NCBI GenBank assembly: GCA_027319565.1
Contig: DAHVNA010000008.1
Coordinates: 1-54,215, forward strand
Length of the DNA: 54,215 bases
Source: Elusimicrobiota bacterium
Lineage (GTDB): Bacteria > Elusimicrobiota > Elusimicrobia > UBA1565 > UBA9628
Direction: 5' to 3'
Position 1 is the first letter of the stretch; each line of letters opens with the position of its first letter. This document shows positions 49,801 to 54,215 of the stretch, in pieces. The notes under the pieces are model-generated. The model was not told the origin of the DNA. It saw nothing but the letters and a program-made list of their open reading frames with translations, and ran no database searches. Made by a program: the position numbers and the translations under genes.

Positions 49801-51041
49801 GCTTTTAAGGTCAAATTATCTTTTTTCATCAATTCGCGCAGGATGAAAGGCCGGAAAAGTTCCAGAGCCATTTCCTTGGGCAAACCGCATTGATTCAGTT
49901 TTAAGTTCGGGCCCACGACAATGACGGAACGCCCGGAATAATCCACGCGTTTTCCCAGCAAGTTCTGGCGGAAACGTCCCTGCTTTCCTTTTAGAATGTC
50001 GGAAAGAGATTTCAAAGGCCGATTGCCGGCCCCAACGACTTGGCGTCCGCGCGCGCCATTTTCAAAAAGAGAATCCACCGCTTCCTGAAGAAGGCGTTTT
50101 TCGTTAAAGACCATCACTTCCGGAGCGCGCAAAGATTCGATGTGCTTAAGACGGTTATTGCGGTTAATGATGCGGCGATAGAGATCGTTTAAGTCGGAAG
50201 TCGCGAAGCGCCCGCCGTCCAGAGGCACCAAGGGGCGAATCTCCGGAGGGATGACCGGCAAGACAGTTAAGATCATCCATTGGGGCTCGTTGCCGGACTC
50301 GGCGAAGCCCTGCAAAATGCGAAGCCGGCGAATGAGACGCGAGCGCTCGGCGTCCGAAGACACTTCTTTAATCTGGGCCAACACTTTTTCGGCTTCTTCC
50401 TTGGGCTTTACCTTGGACAAAAGCTGGCGAATGGCGCCGGCCCCGATATCGACTTTAAAATGGGAGCGGTATTCCGTTCTGGCTTTACGGACCTCGTCTT
50501 CAGACAAAAGATCTCCCACTTTAAAAACCTTACGCCCATTGGCGTCAACCAGGTCTTCCAAGACGATGTAATTCGCGTAATAAGTCACGCGCTCTAAATC
50601 AGAAGTCTTCATGTCCAAGACGATTCCAACGCGAGAAGGGGTCTTTTTCAAGAACCAAACATGCGCGACCGGGACCGCAAGCTCGATATGCCCCATGCGC
50701 TCGCGGCGAACCTTTGACTCGGTGATCTCGACTCCGCAACGATCGCAGACAATGCCGCGGAACTTAATCCAGCGATATTTGCCGCAGGCGCATTCATAAT
50801 CGCGCACCGGGCCGAAAGTCCTTTCGCAGAACAGACCGTCTCTCTCGGGCTTTAGGGTCCGATAGTTAATGGTTTCCGGTTTTTTAACTTCGCCGTAAGA
50901 CCAAGACAGAACCTGTTCGGGAGAAGCTAAAGAAAGGCGAATCGCGTCAAAATCAGAAAAATCAAAATCCGCCTGCTTCTTTTTCTTCTTGCCCCCTAAG
51001 GAAAGCTTCTTTTCCGCTGTCGCGCTGTAGTAGGTCGTCAT
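46818..51041 (-). CDS. rpoC: RNA polymerase beta' subunit
   Basis: Zn finger CACGKY..CDRC, catalytic NADFDGD, bridge helix, and trigger loop with an SI3-type insert (TFHIGG...DITGGLPRV). Confidence 0.99.
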   Translation of the reverse strand: MTTYYSATAEKKLSLGGKKKKKQADFDFSDFDAIRLSLASPEQVLSWSYGEVKKPETINYRTLKPERDGLFCERTFGPVRDYECACGKYRWIKFRGIVCDRCGVEITESKVRRERMGHIELAVPVAHVWFLKKTPSRVGIVLDMKTSDLERVTYYANYIVLEDLVDANGRKVFKVGDLLSEDEVRKARTEYRSHFKVDIGAGAIRQLLSKVKPKEEAEKVLAQIKEVSSDAERSRLIRRLRILQGFAESGNEPQWMILTVLPVIPPEIRPLVPLDGGRFATSDLNDLYRRIINRNNRLKHIESLRAPEVMVFNEKRLLQEAVDSLFENGARGRQVVGAGNRPLKSLSDILKGKQGRFRQNLLGKRVDYSGRSVIVVGPNLKLNQCGLPKEMALELFRPFILRELMKKDNLTLKAAKRMFDKVQPEIWDILEYVTQKHPVLLNRAPTLHRLGIQAFEPVLVEGKSIQLHPLTCAAFNADFDGDQMAVHVPLSQEAQLEARLLMMATNNILSPASGKPIAVPSHDMVLGIHYLTKFKSGELGEGMIFGDQSEVVAAWQNKKVDLHAKIKVQGINKIIEEEGKNSKVSDWKDWTTVGRVIFNQVLPTEMGYINKAMGKKELSQLVDHSYKNLGHHKTALLLDNLKQLGFRFATMAGLSISISDMHIPVKKKEEVEKARKKVREIEKQSRDGIITESERYNKIIDIWTHVTDEISDVMFDEMKKEEVEPYSSGKARFNSIFLMADSGARGSRQQVRQLAGMRGLMAKPQKKLTGGVGEIIEQPIISNFREGLTVLEYFISTHGGRKGLADTALKTADAGYLTRRLVDIAHDLVIVEEDCGTINGVRLGDLSAGDEIIEPLEERILGRVCLEDIVSTESEDGKKTKVLCKSGDLVTPEVASKIRALGIDYIRTRSVLTCESDNGVCAKCYGINNSSGRLVDVGEAVGIIAAQSIGEPGTQLTLRTFHIGGTASRVAKRSQIISSHPSKVELKNVRTIKTREGQTVVVSRTGVVNLISKDRKVEEYKLHYGSRLKVSDGASIGAAELVAEWDPYAMPVVCEQEGTLRFADVKEGVTLHEERNKITGIIERKIIDQETRRMSEKDKGSSRRLNPRVIVEKDGKELAVYPLPTDTILMVDSGQAVRPGDVLAKIPQEFAKSKDITGGLPRVSELFEARKPKNGAIVSEIEGIVSLGVGPKGLVQVSVRNEETDLVRDYLIPQGKHLMVYEGDRVGVGEALTDGAIDPHDVLRVKGIKEVQEFLVNAIQEVYRLQGVQLADRHIECIVRQMLQNVKVTSSGDTAFIKGEIVNRFVFADTNQKSKDEGKQEAQGEPVLLGITKASLASSSFVSAASFQETTRVLTDAATTSKIDYLKGLKENVIIGHMIPAGTGFNVRKNILEQAAARESSANGKGK

Positions 51042-54000
51042 TTTTTAACCGCCTCGCTCTTATCTCCGTTTTTAACGACAACTCCATTTTCACTTTCCCG
51101 ATGATTTTGCGTTCTCAAAAGCTCGACGTTGATGCCAAGCCCCTGCAATTCCTTAACCAAGACTTTAAAGGACTCGGGAATTCCGGGACGCGCCAAAGGC
51201 TCGCCCTTGATAATGGCCTCATACATCTTGGTTCTACCCTGAACGTCATCGGATTTCACGGTCAAAAATTCTTGAAGGGCGTAAGCCGCTCCATAACCCT
51301 CGATGGCCCAGACTTCCATTTCTCCGAAGCGCTGGCCTCCGAATTGAGCTTTGCCGCCCAAAGGCTGCCGGGTGATCAAGCTGTACGGTCCAATCGAACG
51401 GGCATGAATTTTATCTTCCACCAAGTGGATTAGTTTAAGGATATACATGTATCCAATGGAAACTTTCTCTTGAAAGGCTTCCCCGGTTCGGCCGTCGTAT
51501 AAAGTAATTCGGCAATCATCGGCGGGGAGGTATTTTTCCGGAACCCCCTTGCTAATCAAAGCCTTTTTGGCTTCGGCGACTTTCTTTTTAATCTCGGTTT
51601 CGCTCGCGCCGTCAAATACGGGGTTAATCATCTGGGTCTGTAGCGTATAAGCCGCCCAACCCAACATCATCTCCAGAATCTGTCCGATATTCATACGAGA
51701 CGGAACGCCGAGCGGAGACAAAACGACATCGAGAGGCGTACCATCGGGAAGATAGGGCATATCCTCAATGGGAAGAATCTTGGCGATAACGCCTTTGTTT
51801 CCATGGCGTCCGGCCAATTTATCTCCGACCTGAACCTTGCGCCGGGAAGCGATATAAACCTTAACGACTTTATTAACCGTGACCGGCAAATCATCGCCTT
51901 CTTTAAGGCGCATTTTGGCCCGGTCAGCTTCGCTTCGGAGATTATCTTCCATAATCTCATAAAACTTATCCAGTCGCTCTTTTTCTTGTTTGCGATCGGA
52001 AGCGGATTTTCCTTCCAGAGTCTCAAAAGCCTCTTTGCGGTGCGATTTAAGGGACTCTAAATCAGCGGATAATTTCATCTCAACGGCTTCAAGGCGTTGT
52101 TTTTCTTCCGGTTTGGTTAATTTCTCCCGGCGAACGAAAACGCGAGTGCCGATGACTTGCCCGGAAACCCCCGGAGGCACGCGCAGGGAAACGTCCTGAA
52201 CATCTTCAGCTTTCTTTCCGAAGATGACCTTTAAAAGCCGCTCTTCCGGAGACAATTGCTGTTCGCCCTTGGGAGCGATTTTCCCGACTAAAACATCTCC
52301 CTGATGAACCACGGTGGAAGGAACAACGATGCCCTGCTCATCGAGATATTCCAGGGAATCGGAACCGACATTGGGAATATCCCGGGTAATTTCTTCAGGC
52401 CCCAATTTAGTGTCCCGAGCCTCGACTTCAAACTCGGAAATCATAATCGAGGTAAAAACGTCATCTCTCACTAATCTCTCGGAAAGAATGATGGCGTCTT
52501 CGAAATTGTATCCTTCCCAGGGGAGAAAGCCGACCAAGAGATTGCGGCCCAAGGCCAGCTGGCCTCCCGCGGTCGCGGGACCATCAGCCAAAACCGAACC
52601 CGCTTTAACATGATCGCCGGAAAAGGCCAGAGGGACTTGATTAATGCAGGTATCTTGGTTTGAGCGAGAGTATTTTCTCAGCCGATAAAGATCGACCAAA
52701 TCTTTCGAGCCTTCCGGACGATCCACGCTGACGGCAATTAAATCGCCGGAAGAATAAATCACTTTTCCCGCGCGCTTGGCCACGATGCAGGACCCGGAGT
52801 CTTTCGCCACCACTTCTTCGACTCCCGTCGCGACGAGCGGAGCCTCGGCCTGCAAAAGAGGCACGGCTTGGCGTTGCATGTTAGAGCCCATCAAAGCGCG
52901 GTTAGCGTCATCGTGTTCCAAGAATGGAACCAACGCCGCAGAAACCGATATTACCTGCATCGGCGAAATGTCCATATAGTCGACTCTCGACGGTTCGACT
53001 ACCGGAAAGTCTCCGCGAGAACGGCAAGAAACGGAATCAACCGCGATACGATCGTCTTGAAGAGGAGTATTGGCCTGGGCCACGACCATTCCGCTTTCGG
53101 TATCCGCATTCAAATATTCGACATCTCCGGTTAATTTTCCCTTAACCGCCTTTCGATAGGGAGATTCGATGAGGCCGAACTCGTTGATGCGGGCGTAGGT
53201 CGCCAAACTCATGATAAGACCAATATTGGAACCTTCGGGCGTTTCAATCGGACAAATACGTCCGTAATGAGTGTGGTGAACGTCGCGGACTTCAAATCCC
53301 GCGCGTTTCCGGTTAAGTCCGCCGGGACCCAAAGCGGACAAACGGCGCTTGTGGGTGATCTCAGCCAAAGGATTAATTTGGTCCATGAACTGGGATAATT
53401 GAGACGCGCCAAAAAATTTGCGCAAAATGCCGACCAAGGGCGCCGTATTTAGAAGCTGACGCGGGGTCAAATTCTCTCTTTCCTGGGAGCTCATACGATC
53501 TCGGATCACCCGGGACATTTGCGAGATTCCCATGCGAATCTGGTTTTCTAAAAGTTCTCCAACTCCCCTGACGCGCCGATTGCCCAGATGATCGATGTCA
53601 TCCACCCGAATCGCAAAATATTGTTCAAGGAAACTCAGAACCGAACTTTTCCACTGAGAAATAGCGTCGGAAAGTTTAACCATTGAAAAGGCGTCTTTTT
53701 TCAAACCCTGGTTATAATCGTCTTCCGTCTCGTCTAATTCTTTCTCGTGCAAGTGCAAAACGGCGAGTTCATCCAAAGACTCTCCATTTTTATTTTTGCA
53801 ATACTCCTGGAATTTTTTCTTAAAATCCGCCGCCTCCATCGCCGAAGCCGCTCCGCGAACTGGAATAGAGGAGAGTTGGGGCACGCCATCCACCAAATGA
53901 GTGACGCCGTTATTGAGCGCGATGATATACTGCATCGCCGCGATCAAATCTTCCAAGCACAGGGTTCTGCGATCAAAAGCGGGAAGAGAAAAACCCTTGT

Positions 54001-54215
54001 GTTTCCGGCTATTAGGCCTGACGACAACGTCTTTGCGCCCAGCGAGGTTCCACAGGAACGGATAAAGTTTTGAGTTGATCTTGTGGCGGCCGACTTTACT
54101 GAGATCGTATTTGCGCAGATTTCTCAAAAACAGATTGTCAATATAAACTTCCGCTTGTCCGGGAATAATGAACTCTTGACCGCGCAGTTTTTTATAAATA
54201 TCCTGCTGCGCTTCC
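51038..54215 (-). CDS. rpoB: RNA polymerase beta subunit, 5'-truncated by the window
   Basis: [44 protein letters not shown] and GGQRFGEME. The frame is open to the window end ([15 protein letters not shown]...). Confidence 0.99.
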   Translation of the reverse strand, partial: EAQQDIYKKLRGQEFIIPGQAEVYIDNLFLRNLRKYDLSKVGRHKINSKLYPFLWNLAGRKDVVVRPNSRKHKGFSLPAFDRRTLCLEDLIAAMQYIIALNNGVTHLVDGVPQLSSIPVRGAASAMEAADFKKKFQEYCKNKNGESLDELAVLHLHEKELDETEDDYNQGLKKDAFSMVKLSDAISQWKSSVLSFLEQYFAIRVDDIDHLGNRRVRGVGELLENQIRMGISQMSRVIRDRMSSQERENLTPRQLLNTAPLVGILRKFFGASQLSQFMDQINPLAEITHKRRLSALGPGGLNRKRAGFEVRDVHHTHYGRICPIETPEGSNIGLIMSLATYARINEFGLIESPYRKAVKGKLTGDVEYLNADTESGMVVAQANTPLQDDRIAVDSVSCRSRGDFPVVEPSRVDYMDISPMQVISVSAALVPFLEHDDANRALMGSNMQRQAVPLLQAEAPLVATGVEEVVAKDSGSCIVAKRAGKVIYSSGDLIAVSVDRPEGSKDLVDLYRLRKYSRSNQDTCINQVPLAFSGDHVKAGSVLADGPATAGGQLALGRNLLVGFLPWEGYNFEDAIILSERLVRDDVFTSIMISEFEVEARDTKLGPEEITRDIPNVGSDSLEYLDEQGIVVPSTVVHQGDVLVGKIAPKGEQQLSPEERLLKVIFGKKAEDVQDVSLRVPPGVSGQVIGTRVFVRREKLTKPEEKQRLEAVEMKLSADLESLKSHRKEAFETLEGKSASDRKQEKERLDKFYEIMEDNLRSEADRAKMRLKEGDDLPVTVNKVVKVYIASRRKVQVGDKLAGRHGNKGVIAKILPIEDMPYLPDGTPLDVVLSPLGVPSRMNIGQILEMMLGWAAYTLQTQMINPVFDGASETEIKKKVAEAKKALISKGVPEKYLPADDCRITLYDGRTGEAFQEKVSIGYMYILKLIHLVEDKIHARSIGPYSLITRQPLGGKAQFGGQRFGEMEVWAIEGYGAAYALQEFLTVKSDDVQGRTKMYEAIIKGEPLARPGIPESFKVLVKELQGLGINVELLRTQNHRESENGVVVKNGDKSEAVKK

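Noticed and set aside
53330..53420. Rifampicin-resistance substitutions in RpoB
   Set aside because: The D516, H526 and S531 equivalents are intact, and NPLAE is a common natural variant.
53606..53905. Possible intein in RpoB (NrdJ was also checked)
   Set aside because: No splice-junction residues or LAGLIDADG motifs. Treated as a lineage-specific insertion.

Overview
A gene-dense bacterial chromosome segment. Protein signatures and gene order suggest Elusimicrobiota, but this is an inference from recalled sequence style and needs a phylogeny. From 54215 down to 15743, 47 minus-strand genes are packed almost without gaps: rpoB (5'-truncated), rpoC, the str, S10, spc and alpha clusters (rpmD/L30 absent, rpmJ present but missed by the ORF track), mreBCD-mrdA-rodA, an RNase E/G, an amidase, murI, a hypothetical gene, a short Rho and a RidA. 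Next come a class II ribonucleotide reductase with its own clear sigma70 promoter and a candidate operator, then an envelope/peptidoglycan-recycling cluster (DsbA, MauE-like, receiver, AmgK-RapZ-C fusion, MurU, 2Fe-2S ferredoxin, TPR protein, CsgG/LpoB-like lipoprotein). The left end holds a secreted phosphoesterase, an AT-richer four-gene block (sensor-less hybrid kinase, two lone receivers, orphan PilB/GspE ATPase), and an acyl-CoA ligase followed by a GlpD-like oxidoreductase that appears to start at ATA. I found no tRNA, rRNA, CRISPR array, transposase or integrase. Best leads: the phosphorelay-PilB module, the Rho lacking its OB-fold RNA-binding domain, the ATA start, a 100-residue segment inserted in RpoB, and the nrdJ promoter/operator.
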